Shown: piece after piece, positions 48,994-61,482 of the stretch
How positions within the stretch are numbered: position 1 is the first letter of the stretch
Layout: every line of letters starts with the position of its first letter
Source: Nymphaea colorata
Lineage: Eukaryota
NCBI RefSeq assembly: GCF_008831285.2
Contig: NC_045138.2
Location: 28,210,001-28,274,000, forward strand
Length of the DNA stretch: 64,000 nucleotides
Direction of reading: 5' to 3'
Translations under genes and position numbers: made by a program
The notes under the pieces: generated by a model
Database searches by the model: none
Seen by the model: only the letters and a program-made list of their open reading frames with translations
Told to the model about the DNA's origin: nothing

Positions 48994-51900
48994 ATGGAGG
49001 AAGGGAATTATGCGACCGATGGCATGGGTTTTCAGGGGAGGACAGGTGGGGCGTTGGTCGGGTTGGGTGCTCGGGCTCTTTTCTACCCGACTTTGTTCTA
49101 CAACGTCGTTCGAAACAAGATACAGGCGGAATTCCGGTGGTGGGACGAGGTCGATGAGGTTCGTAAATTCGATTTTGTGGTTTTTTTTCTTTTGCCGAAT
49201 TCATTATTCCTTTTCATGGTATTTGGAGTTCCAATTGTGCATCCATTTAGTTGTGGCGTTCTTGTTTCATTCTTTCCCGTAGGAAGATTTTGTTGATTAA
49301 AGTATGCGGTAACAAGAGTTAGAAACAATGCCGAAGCTACTTTGTGTTGATCATTTTTCAATGAGAATTTCCTTTAAATCTTCTTGCGCATTTAGAGATA
49401 TTGTGACATTGCGTCTCTAATAACTGAAGGAGAAAATAGGACCCGCTTTCTGAACCTTGTTCACGAACCCACTCCCTGACCGTGTTCAGATTGGGGTTCG
49501 ATGGGTCCGCGATACATGCTGAGGGTTGGGTAGGATTCCCATCAAGTTGAATTGGTTGTTCAGTTCCGATATCTGCTATTAAGAATCTATTGCTGCAATA
49601 ATTTTGGTGCTAAAGATCCGAATGTAGCAATTTTTTAAGTCTACAAGATTGCAACAAAGAAGCTGATGTTACTCATGCAATGAAGTTCTTATGGACAAAT
49701 TTGATTGGTAATAGAGAAAGGAACAGGGGAAGGTGATGGCCCGTCAGCCACTAAGAAACTAGGCACTAAAAGACCGTCGGATGGTAGAAACGAGTTAATG
49801 ATAAATCTGTGAGTTTACTAGTGATTTTATTCGTTCTCTTTTGCCTTAGTTCTCTGTTTTGAAGGGAAGAGTTTTTTAGAAGGGAAAAGGTAAAGAAGGT
49901 TGGAACAAGAGGACTGGGAAGGGGGTAGATTCCGTCTGCCGAATAACAAACTGACAGAAAGTATACCACCGGAATAGAGGGAAGGAATTTGATTGCCCTT
50001 TAGCCCAAGAATATAGCCGGTTAGTGCATATCAAATTCAGGAAACATACTCAGCTTATTTACGACGAGTCATTATATATATCGATGGCATATTCACTATT
50101 GTCATACTTCCACTAAAATAATCAAGTATGGTTGATGTCTTTTCTAATTGTGTTTTTTTATAAGAGGAAAGAAGAGTGGTATATACTGTAATACTACATA
50201 TCTGCACGTTTCACTCCAATGGAACAGGAAATAAATTCTAAAAGCAAGCTGGCGATTCCCATTAAAGGGGCTATAGTTTAGAGGTTTCTGTATGAAGTCG
50301 TCATGCTTATGCATGTAGTCATGATATGCTTCTTTTTATCTCTCCATTTTATGGTAAGGTAAACATTCTCCTACCACTGCTTTCAGTTTCTCTTGTTAGG
50401 TGCTGTCCCTTTTCCAAAAGATGTTCCTCGTTTGAAAGAGCTGGGCGTTGGAGGTGTCATCACTCTCAATGAGCCATATGAAACTCTAGTACCTACTTCT
50501 TTGTATAAGGTAAGCATCTATCACCACACATTTTTATGACGTGTGATGCTTTTCCTGTATTTCCATTGTGTGTTTTCTAAGAGGATGATTTGAACATGAT
50601 TCTATCAATCACTGGATTTTCATGCAAAATTGCTTTTATAATTGTCTATCATTTTCCTAATGAATAAGTGGATAACCTGTTTATGTTCAATTTGCTAGTA
50701 TGAACTAACACCCAGCATTTGTCTTATTTTCATTAAAAAATTGATCTTCTATAGTTGAATTGAACAAAACATGGCTCTGACAATTCTTGCTTATCACACC
50801 TTTTCTCCATTTGGCAAAATTTACATTGAGTGTGGATTAATGAACCAAGTGGCTAGTGGCTCAACTCACTTCGATATGTGAAAGAACGTCTTTAGTCATA
50901 TAAAAGGGTGGGTAATGTTCAGTTGGTTCATCAGCACAAAGAAGGTCTACTTACAAGGCTGTTCGTCCCAACTCAGCTCACATAGGTTTCTTTTGTCTGC
51001 TGCACGTTAAGGAGCAATGCTTGAGATGTGTTTCAGATTGTGACATGTTCATGAACCAGTGTCAAGAATTAGCGTATAAAAACGTGCCATTTGGATTTTT
51101 TGCCATCTTTCTTAACAAGGAACTTGTGCTTGTTTTAGACATTCGCCTTCAGCCCTTCACAAAATTCTTTTCCGTGTTTTATTGTATCTCCTTTGAGAAT
51201 TTTACATATGTAGAGTACAGATGCTTAAAATCAGGATCACTTACAATTCACATCATTACTATGGATCTCAAGTTATAAACTTATTCATTTATGACAGGAT
51301 AATTGGGTATCAAAAGTAATGGAGTCAAACTTCACATAGTAAATAGTTTACAATGCCCCAATAACAAGCTAAATCTTTGTTCCTTGTGTCAACCGAAGTT
51401 CTCTCTTTTCCTCTTTGACCATACATAGAAGAAGTAACATCCGTCCTTAAGATGATCTCTTCTTTTTTTGTGATCTCTATCATACACTGGAGTTCTTCTT
51501 CCTCACCTTGTTTACAATGTTTTTACATTAATTTTGAATATACCTAGCTATCATATTATTATTCTCTTTGGTCCTTATATGGATGTTTTCTTGCCAGAAA
51601 AAAGAAAAAGATTATTATCATATGAAGGTTGCAAAATGTCCCTTTATTTCCTCATTTTCTGCAGTTAAATCTTATTTTTCCAAATAAATGTTTTTGAACG
51701 TTTTTCTTGCTGTATTCCTTTATTAGACATTTTACTTTGATACAATTTGACCTATTGGAGTGATTGTTCGATAACATTATTTTTCACCTTTATGTTCTCG
51801 TTGCAGTTCTGTTTCCACTTGGCGCCGGATGAGCCAAAACACCCTCAATACCCCTTAACTCGTTTAAATTCTTCTTTGCTTGTGAAGCTAGACACCTTTT

Positions 51901-54184
51901 TTGTCACTTGAAACTTAAAATTTGGCAACACTAGCCTCCATAGACATGAGGGAAGTATCTATTTTTTTTATCTGAGGTGAAACTTCTCTCCCTGCATACT
52001 TGCTTCCTGACACCTGTTTGGAGGACTTTGAATGTCTTATTTGGGAAAGTTGCTAAAATTTATTGCTTTCTTAAAGCAAACAGAAAGGAACGAATGATTT
52101 ATGGTGGTTCTGTTTTATACTAAGCTACGGCAATGGTATACGTGTGTACCATACAAGCCTCCTGGTTTCTCTTTTCGAGTACTTTACTGAAGCAAGTCAC
52201 AGTTGAGCTCTGTAAGATGTTGACTTCATTTAGCTTGCACACACTTTTGCTTTTTCAACTTTTTACTGGGTCATGTTCATCAAGTCAGTTTATTTGTGCT
52301 TGTGCACTGTGTGGCGTAACCAACTTGTGGCAGGTTCTTGCATGAGAAATGCCTTATGACCATAATTTGATAGTTGCACGTTTCTCTTTGTAACTTGTAT
52401 GTGACATGAGTTTTCAGGATCACGGTATCAAACACTTGGAGATTCCAACAAGAGATTATCTTTTTGCTCCTTCGTATGCTAACATCTGTCGAGCAGTAGA
52501 TTTCATTCATAGTAAGTGAACCTTGACACCATTACTTTATGCATCCCCTAAAGGAAGGTCTTTTACTCGTTCTTGATGCACAGGCCTGGAATGAGCCCAT
52601 CCCCATTTTTATTGGAATTTGGGCCTCTGGTTATGTTGTAAGCCCTTCGCTGGTGTTGTTGGACTAAGGCCCATTGCTGCTGGTAGAAGGGCCCTGGTCC
52701 CCTTGGGTGCATATACTTGAATTTATATCTCTTCTATTTCCTCAATAATTTGCCCTTTCTAGTATTCTGTAAGGCAAGTCAATAGGCTTCAGAAGTGGAG
52801 AGTTGTATTCTGTCCAATTCACCATTTAGAACTGTTTCATTGTTTCTTAAGAGGAAAAATTAAAGTTTGCCTTGAAAGTGGTATCTTGAAAGAATCTTCT
52901 CCGCTAGATCACATGGGTACTCCTTTTCAGGTTGACCTATATCTGTAGGTAGGGGCAGATTTGGAAACCAGTGCTAATAGTACATCAGCTATTTGTGGTT
53001 CAGATCTGGGTTGGGTCCATGTCTGACCATTCTTTTGAAGGCATTTGGAACCCTGACTTGTTTTTTGTTATTGATTATCAACATAGTTTTCATCTTGACT
53101 GCATTGCCTTGTGCATATAAAACTATTTTGCCTGAATTTTGTGGATCACTGCAATGGGAATATGTGTTTTGTTCTGCATACCCACTTTTTCTGAAATTGC
53201 TACGTGGTACCCTTCTATGCCTTCCCCAGTGTGACTCAGCTTGTGTTTCTTGTAGTTTCTCCTCAGAGAGAGATTCTGTAGGGTATATGGTTGTACTTGT
53301 AGTTTGTCATTGGAGACGTCATGTAGACCAGATAACCTACTTTTCTTTTCTGATTTGCAGATTATGCCTCATGTGGTATGACCACCTATGTTCACTGTAA
53401 AGCTGGGCGAGGAAGGAGTACAACAGTTGTTCTCTGCTACTTGGTATGTATCATTTCAAAGCATGAATACCACATGCTTCATTCAAGCCACCATTGACCT
53501 GTCGAAACAGTAACAGAAAACCAAGTTGTCATTTGCAACAGATGGCATATAAGAATATGACACCTGATACTGCGCTTGCATTTGTTCGATCAAGTAGACC
53601 ACGAGTTCTATTAGCCCGATCTCAATGGCAGGTATAATGTTCACCCTCAAATACAATGATTAATTAGCATGGCAGTGGAGCAGGCAACCTCTGGTTATTT
53701 GTCCATATTTTTTTATGTTTGTCCAAGCAATACAACATGCTGAAAGAGAAGATCTTTTACTAATGTAATGTTTATTCTTCACATTGGATGTTGGAATCAG
53801 GCTGTTCAAGAATTTGGGATGCGCAGATCCAGACCACTTTTAGTGATGCCAACTCAATTATCTTATGGTAATGATGATGATGAAAATTCCCTCGTCCTTG
53901 TAACATTGGAAGATATTGAAGGGTACAGTCCTAGCAGTAGCAGTTCAAAATCTTGGGAAGCACTAAGAACAGCTTGCAAGGTTCAGGTAGCAGCTGCAAG
54001 AGGTGTCATGCGGATGGTTCGAGCATCTGCAGAGTTAGCAAGATTTTCTTGTATTCTTTTTGCAGAGACCAAGTTGTTGACAGGAAAGCTTAGAATGAAT
54101 TGTGCACCCGTGGAAGCCTCCAAATGCCTTCTACCCTCTAGTGGTCAGTTGCCAGAGACAGGTTTGGAGATTGTTGTGTGCTAG
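48994..54184 (+). CDS. PTPMT: Phosphatidylglycerophosphate phosphatase PTPMT-like / dual-specificity phosphatase DSP8 family
   Basis: Exons 48994-49158, 50387-50509, 52418-52511, 53361-53443, 53542-53631, 53801-54184. Motifs GARALFYPTLFYNVVRNKIQAEFRWWD, LLGAVPFP, IPTRDYLFAP and catalytic HCKAGRGRS. Confidence 0.92.
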
Positions 54185-54975
54185 TGTGCAGCTTGTGTGT
54201 GCTTTACCATGGCATTAATGTAGAAGAGAGATCTCTCTCTTCAAACTTCATCATCGTTGAAAGCTTACTGTGTATAGAAAATGTGTACATTAAACAAGTT
54301 TGTATATATTACTATTTGTCTGTAAGAACAAGTCTGTAGATATCCCGTGACATCTGTAGACTAGTTTGGAGCTTGACAAAGATTTTCATCATAGCATATA
54401 CGTGGCCCTTTTCTTCTCATTTGCCAACCGTTGGAGATGCAATTCCATAGTTTCTTCCAAAGCTTCTGTTGAAACAAGAAAGCTGAGCACGTGCAAATTA
54501 TAAGATGAACTTGATTCTAACGAATTGTTCACTTCAATTTTCTCAGTCAGGAAATGGAGAAAAAGAAATACTTCTCTCAAAATTTTTCACTGGTAAATAG
54601 CGCAAGAATCTCCCGCTATTTGAATATTTAAGCATCACAGCAGGAATGAAGCAGCAACAGCTCGTATATGAACTGCTGGGTAGTTCACAGCTGAGATAAA
54701 ACGTTACAAGGTCATGTAATTGTATGATAAATTTGGGAAACCTCAACGCGTCAATCGGGAGCATACATCATGAAAGCTGGCCTTCTAACTCGCAGCTTTC
54801 GTCATTATAGAAAAAGCTCAGCAAACTGTGTCTGATCACCTGCACCACCCACTTCCCACCTCCAGTGGACCTACTCAAGGCAGCCCACTTGGTTCTTCAC
54901 CAATTCATCAATCCCAAACGAGTGGATCAACAAGTCCTTCGTTCACAGGCAAACACCAGCCCTCCACTGACTCGC

Positions 54976-56829
54976 TCAAGCGTCCCCCAGCTTGGCCTTC
55001 GTTCCGAAGCTCTGCAGGAACCGTTTCAGCTGCGCCTGGAGCCCGGCGTCCTTGAGCGCGTACAAAGTCGACCTGTACAGCCTCGCGTCGAGCCCAACCC
55101 CATGGTCCTTGACGTCGCCCAAGAACCTGATCAGCTGGTCCACCCTGGTGCTCTTGGACAGCACCCCAACCATGACAGCGGCCAGCGTCCGGTCTAGTCG
55201 GCCCCCGCTGCCCTTGAACTCGCTGTACACTCGGACGCAGGCCTCGTAGTCCTTGACCCGAGCGTAGGCTCCGATCAGGCTCGTGTAGCTCGCCCGGTCG
55301 GGCCGGACCTTCCGCGCCCGCATCTCGTTCCACAGCCGCTCCGCCTGCCGCACGTTCCCGTCGCGCCCGTACACGTCGAGCAGGGCGTTGTAGACCCACA
55401 CGTTCGGCCGGCACCCCTTCGCCTTCATGACGCCGAGCATCCGCAGCGCGTCGCCCGACCGGCCTTCCCGACCGTACAGTCGGATGACGATCGCGTAGGC
55501 GAAGACGCACCTCCCGTACCCAGAGGCCTGCATCTCCACAAGCAGGGACTCGGCGCGGGCGGTGAGCCCCAGCCGCGCGCACGCGCCCACGGCCATGGAG
55601 TACGTCACCTGTCCCGGCCGGAGACCCAGGGACGTCAGCTGGTCGAAAGCCTCCAGGGCCGCCCGGGGGCCGCGCCTCCTCGCGTGCCCGCCGACCACTA
55701 CCGATAGGACACAGTCGGTGAGCATAACGCCGGAATTCTTTGCTGCCGCGACGATTTCCATTGCTTTTTCGGGCGAGTCCGAGTCCACGCGTAACGAGAC
55801 GAGGCGGAGGAAGACGGTCTGGTCTTTCGGCGGGTGACGCTTGGCCAGAGACTCGCTCAGGAGGGCCTCGGCCTCTTTTGGCCTCCCCTCGGCGACGAGC
55901 GAGGGGATCAGGCAGGCGTAAAAGCGGTGGTCCGGCTCGACTCCTGATGACTCCATCTCCCTGACGAGCTCGACGCCTTGCGTTGCTCGGCCGGATTGGA
56001 CGAGCGTTCGGCAGAACGCGAGGTAAATCGACTTCGCCTCGCTGCTCGAGCCGAGTCCCCGGGACCTGATCTCTTCGAAGACTCGCGCGGCCTTGTCCGT
56101 CTCATCGCTCTTCTCAAGAGCCTCCAAAACCAACCGGTAACAGAGAAAATCCGGCTCGATCCCGAAGGAAACCATCCGATCGTAAAGTGATACAGTAGAG
56201 CCGTACATGTGCAGCTCGTTGTAGCCCTTCATCGCCGACGCGAACTCCCGGGCGGCGGTGCGTCGGTTCTTTGCCAGCGAGTCCAGGAGCGCATCGGCGA
56301 CTCGGAACTTTCGAGATGATATGCACAGCCGAACCGCTTTTGAACCAGTGGAGGATCCGGGAAATGCGAGACAGATGCCGATATCGGGAGCGATCTCCGA
56401 GATGTTGCGCCATTGCTCCGATTTGGTCAAGAACGAGATAAGGAAATTCGTCGACAGGAAGTCCAAGAAAAAGTTGGGATCCTTCTTCGCCTCTCTGTAG
56501 AAATCTAAGACGGACTCTTCATTCGGTTCTTGTCGAAGGAAGTCTTGGAGACGCTGACCGAAGTTCTGCCGCGCTCCGCTGCCGCCGGCCTCAGCATGGA
56601 GGTGGCGGACTTCAGCAGCTGGAATGGCGTTGGCGGAATCGTCAAGGATGGGAACCGATGGCGAGCCGCAGGCAGAGACGACGTTGGACAGGTGGAAAGC
56701 GCCGTCCTTCCGGCTGAGTCTCTGTCGACTTAGTGTGACGAACGTGGCGGTGGTCAGTGAGCTTATTCCGAGCCGGAAAGGTGGGTGGTAGAGGTGGTGG
56801 AAGGGGTGCTCCACGTACGCGACTGCCAT
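54976..56829 (-). CDS. P-class pentatricopeptide repeat protein, probably chloroplast-targeted (At5g13770-like)
   Basis: Intronless ORF with first ATG at 56829 (MAVAYVEH...) and a Ser/Thr/Arg-rich N-terminus. Tandem ~35-aa repeats (PGQVTYSMAVGAC, PNVWVYNALLDVYG, PDRASYTSLIGAY). No E/DYW domain. Confidence 0.92.
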   Translation of the reverse strand: MAVAYVEHPFHHLYHPPFRLGISSLTTATFVTLSRQRLSRKDGAFHLSNVVSACGSPSVPILDDSANAIPAAEVRHLHAEAGGSGARQNFGQRLQDFLRQEPNEESVLDFYREAKKDPNFFLDFLSTNFLISFLTKSEQWRNISEIAPDIGICLAFPGSSTGSKAVRLCISSRKFRVADALLDSLAKNRRTAAREFASAMKGYNELHMYGSTVSLYDRMVSFGIEPDFLCYRLVLEALEKSDETDKAARVFEEIRSRGLGSSSEAKSIYLAFCRTLVQSGRATQGVELVREMESSGVEPDHRFYACLIPSLVAEGRPKEAEALLSESLAKRHPPKDQTVFLRLVSLRVDSDSPEKAMEIVAAAKNSGVMLTDCVLSVVVGGHARRRGPRAALEAFDQLTSLGLRPGQVTYSMAVGACARLGLTARAESLLVEMQASGYGRCVFAYAIVIRLYGREGRSGDALRMLGVMKAKGCRPNVWVYNALLDVYGRDGNVRQAERLWNEMRARKVRPDRASYTSLIGAYARVKDYEACVRVYSEFKGSGGRLDRTLAAVMVGVLSKSTRVDQLIRFLGDVKDHGVGLDARLYRSTLYALKDAGLQAQLKRFLQSFGTKAKLGDA

Positions 56830-57315
56830 TTTTCCTCCTCCCTGTGAGAGCAGTGAGAACTGGGGGTGGGGAGAGTGAGAGTCTATCTTCTGCCACGTCG
56901 CAATCGTTGAGAGGGAGACAGGGATGCCACGTTGTCCAGAAACTGGATGGCGGATAAGCCTCCTTCCTCCGAACCATCTCAATTTACAAAAATATCGTGA
57001 TATTTAGAAAAATATCGGAGCAAAAGAGGCGTTTTATCAAGTGGTTTCGAACCGCTACAGTCTAAGCATAGACGACCCGTCTTACGAAATTGCGATACCC
57101 GCGCTGCTGCTTTCAAGGCAGCCAATGCCCAAAGTTACACGGCCTCTTCCCTGCTGCTGTTTTCTTCCCTCTTCATTTTCTTCCTTATGTGCATATGAGA
57201 GAGAGGGTACACGAAATTCCAAATCTCTGGCATTCAAGATCATCTCCAAATAGGGGAAGCAAAAATCAGATTTTTGTAAAAAAGTTTGTTCGAAGGCTTC
57301 TTCACCCTTTCCTGG
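56830..57315. promoter_or_regulatory. Putative bidirectional promoter between PPR (-) and RPC7-like copy B (+)
   Basis: Head-to-head start codons are only ~490 bp apart. Confidence 0.55.
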
Positions 57316-60300
57316 ATGGCTTTCAGAGGGCGTGGGCGCGGGCGAGGCTGGTGGCCTGGCAGTGCCATCGGTGGTGGCCGAGCACTCGGTGATGAGGACT
57401 TCGCTTTGTTTCCTGTGAGCTCTCTCTCTCTCTCCTCCATCCCCAAAGAAATGTGTGTGTGTGTGTCTGTGTCTGTGCTGACTCTTCCTTCTCCTTTTCT
57501 CTTCGGGGGATGAGAGCAGAAGATTGAGGGATTACCACCAATCAGGGATTTAACAGACGAAGAGAAGTTCCTTATCGACAGGAAGAGGCACTTTGCGTCG
57601 TGGTGTAAGAATTCCCCATACTTCATCAAAGATAGATCTCTCTCTCATGGTGGGCACTCTCTTGGTCGCACATGCATCTCCCCCTTCCCCTTATTGTTGC
57701 ATTCATCTTATGATTTTGAGTTACATGATGTATTCTGCATCTCGGTGCAGATAGCAACTAAGGCTATGCATCTGGTGGATTTTGTTAGGAATTTTGCATT
57801 ATTTATTTATGGAAAGCTTGTTGAAATTAAATCATGTTTGTGGAAAAGTAAGACTTGTATTCTGAGGAACTAAATCATATAGAAACATGAATCTTTATTA
57901 GATTCAGCTTGTTAGAGATATCCTGCATCAGGTCAGGCTTCTTGGTTGGTTACTACTTAGCATGGAGATCACTTCTTAGTATCAGGCATGCATGCCTTGG
58001 TCCTTGAGTTATTGCTTTGGTATCTGCGGTACTTTTTCTGACCTTTTGTCTTAGTGAGTCGATGGACTAGTTTTGTCTTGAAGGTCCTACAGATTTTGAT
58101 TTTTTTTTTCTAGGTTTAGTTTGGTTCCAGATTCATATAAGTGGCACACAGTCTCAAGCTAGTGCTTAAGATTTGTTTGATCATCACTTCAGATACCTTA
58201 GCTCCAGATGTAGAGATGTACTCTGACATGAAGGCAAAGGAAACAGTTCGACGTGCAACTCTTTTGGACTGCCTGATTCTCACTCCATCAAATTTCCCTA
58301 TGGAGTTAATTGAAGGTAAGTTAAGAGATGGTGTCATTCGTAGCTAATGATATTGTTTGTGGTATAAAGACTTTGCAACCAACTGTGTATTTTCTATTCC
58401 GCTGGTCTAAATCTAATAAGAGTCGGTTCGTCAAAATTTTTTCAAGCCGAAGGTCTTTTTCTTAACTTGGATTTGTTGACTTGGAACATTTTCTGAAGAT
58501 TGCTTATGGAAAGGGTTACTTGGCCATGGAAAAACCTATTGTAGTAATGCAAAGAGTAAAGCTACTCAAGCTTGACTCAATTATCAAACAAGGCAAGTTT
58601 GAGGTGAAGGGTAAACTCGTTTAATTAAATGAATCAAGCCTAAGTCAGGTAAGCTTGATTCTTTTAAGCTCAATTAGGCTTATTCATGAACGTACAATAT
58701 AATATATTCCATTATATCATTACAAAATAGCTGTTGGCATAGTTACCTCCCTTGTTTGTTCAAACTTCAGGATGAATGAACTCATTTGCATCTTTTCAAA
58801 ACAAGTTGCCAAAAAAAAAAAAAAAAAACTCAGTGCAGCTAAGCTCTCGACCCAAGCTTAGCCGAGCTGATCTTGAGCTCTCTTAGCATGCTGAGCCAAG
58901 CTCAAGCTGGGCCATTTGAGACTGAACTCTGAAGCCCGCTTTGAGCAGGCTAAGCTCAGGTTGTGAATACACTTATTAATTTGTACTCAAGTTGGTGACT
59001 CAAACATTTATAGTTCCCTACTTTCTTCGTTTTTTCGATTGCTAGTCTAAATTTCTTTTGATTTCCTTTGCTCCTTTTCGGCATTTGTAAGCTAATATGA
59101 TAAGATGACTTTACAGGACAAGCACAGCGAGATAAAAAGAGGTCTTCAGCTCATCGTATTAAAGCTAAAAAAGGTGTGGATTGCATATTTCTTATCATTG
59201 AGTTTTTGATATTTGAACGATAATTGATTTCTTATAGTACGCTTTCTACTTTCTAAAAGGAAAAATAACTTGTCTTAGCATCTTCTGGGTAGATTTACAT
59301 CACATGGATTCACTCCTTGCCAAACTCAAAGATGATGGAAAAGATGATGCTGACGAGGATGAGGAAGTAAAATAAACTTTGTTTGCATTGTCCCTGTTTC
59401 CTTTTTCTAGCATGTCTTTGGTCTTTAAGGTTTTTTGTCTGCTTTTGTACAGCCAGTTAATGTACTGCCTATAAAAATAGGAAACTTGGATCGGACAGTT
59501 GGTTAAGCATCCATTGCAACTATCTGTTTTTAAACTAATTAAGTTCTTAAACCCATAAAAAGTTATCACTTAGACAGTGGGTTTTGTGGCAGATTATGTT
59601 TTCATTGAAACTCTTTGCAAAATTGCATCTTTTTATGCATTTTTAAGTGTAAATTCCATGTGTTCAACAGGCAGAGCAGGGTGATAAAAAGAGAAAAAAG
59701 GGAGATGAAGATGAAGATGAAGGCGAAGAGAATGACAATCTAGAAGAAGAGGAAGATGATGAGGCTATCGGTGCTGATGATTATACGGAGGTAAGTGAGC
59801 ATGATAGAGGTTTTAGTACAAAGTTCTTAGTGGAATGTGGGGCTTTTTTAAACTGATATCTCCCCTGAATACATGCGCACATCCTTTTGAGTTTGTTGGA
59901 GTAGGTTTCTTTGCAAACTCAGATGCCCACTGGGTAAAATAACACTCACCCTTTTGAGTTCGTTGACTTTTGATTAATAATGAGTATTTTCTTTCTGCTG
60001 GTTTTATATTTTTTCATTTTTCTTTGCATTATGGGCTGTTGATTATGTGCATGTTTGTCAGGATGCTAATTTTTTCTTCACATAGTTACTTTTAATTATC
60101 AGAAATTAATATGTCTGATGGCCTTCTGTGGTTCTTATGGCAAAATTAGCTTCTGTACAGATATAGCTGGTAATATGTGAAGTCATGAACTCATCTTGCT
60201 TGTCACTTCCTTGTCTTGATGCAGAAGATGGTTTATGAAACTGTTGCAGTTATTTCCTTTAGGTTTGCCTTTCGTAGGCTAAAATAGTAGAATCATGCAG

Positions 60301-61482
60301 GGAGTCAACTGCAGCATGTCTGCATGCATGAAGTATATAACTTGTCTGTATTTCTCGCCAGTACTTTGCTTCTTTTTATTTTTTTTTCTTTAGTGCTATT
60401 TCATAGTAAAAACTTGCCTTTTCAGGAATCGTTCTATTATTACTTAATGTAAATCATCCATTCTGGATATTTTGTTTTCAACATGCTCCATTTTATGCAC
60501 ATAAAGAAATATATGATGCTACAATGTGCTCCATCTCTCTCTCTCTCCTAGGGGTTCTAATATGTCGTCATGCCCTTGCATTTTGAAAGTCTTGACTTTG
60601 CCCTCTACAGAATTTTGGATTTGACGATGACGAGGATTTTCTTGATGGTGAGGACGATGGTGGGAATGGTATGCGTGTTTGTATCTTCAAATACACTGAT
60701 TTGTATTACAACTTTGCAGCTTTTAAATACGTCCATTTGGTGACGATTGTGGCCAGACATGCTTGTCTGATTCTATGATTTCTAATGGCACGGTCTGTTT
60801 GTTGCAGATGAACCAACTTATGAGTAAAGGACAAGAATGTTGCTGCATATAATGGAAAATGCAAACAGGTGATTCTCTGAAACTTTTTTATATGATTCTA
60901 TTCTTACCTGCATATTGGTGCATCGACTGCTTTAGAAGAGGATATATTTAGAGCGACATGCTTGAATGCTATGTTTTTTGTTTCTAGATGATGCATGCTC
61001 TAATCATATTATATTGGTTTACTCTGTGAACAACAACTATATGGAAACATGCAGTGAAGAGAAGGAATCGAACCCATGAGAACTAATGAGGGGTGGAAAG
61101 TTGAGCTTGAGCTTCGTTTTTCAAGCTTAATCTAAATTCAAGGCTACAACAGAGCCACTAGGCACAGTTCAAGCTCAACTGCTAGAAAAGAGAAGCCAGC
61201 GTCTAAGTTCATCTGAAATGTTACAATTTACAATGCCCAATTTTTAATGTCCTTCATTGAATAGATGCCCATCTAATCCTTATATACGTGACAAGCATCA
61301 ATGACAGGGCCTTTGCTTGGAGTTAAAGATATGAACATGCAAACAACTCTACTTCAAGCACTACTATGTTAATACTGTAATAGCGTTCACATCTTCAGCA
61401 TATTCACTTTTGATCTATAATTTATGGTGACAAAAAAGGATGAAATCGTTGCTTCCTAGTGTATGAAATTTGTCTTAATTCC
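57141..61482 (+). repeat. Segmental duplicate, copy B (pairs with 38057-43303)
   Basis: See copy A. Near-identical ORFs appear twice in the ORF track (e.g. 41124-41393 and 59300-59569). Confidence 0.97.
57316..60827 (+). CDS. RNA polymerase III subunit RPC31/RPC7-like, copy B (8 coding exons)
   Basis: Exons 57316-57414, 57520-57649, 58193-58315, 59117-59173, 59293-59366, 59671-59790, 60611-60668, 60808-60827. Nearly identical to copy A; by eye the protein differences are E/D and I/N in exon 6. Confidence 0.85.

Noticed and set aside
54828..56977. Many overlapping alternative-frame and antisense ORFs over the PPR gene
   Set aside because: Expected by-product of a GC-rich intronless CDS with few stop codons.
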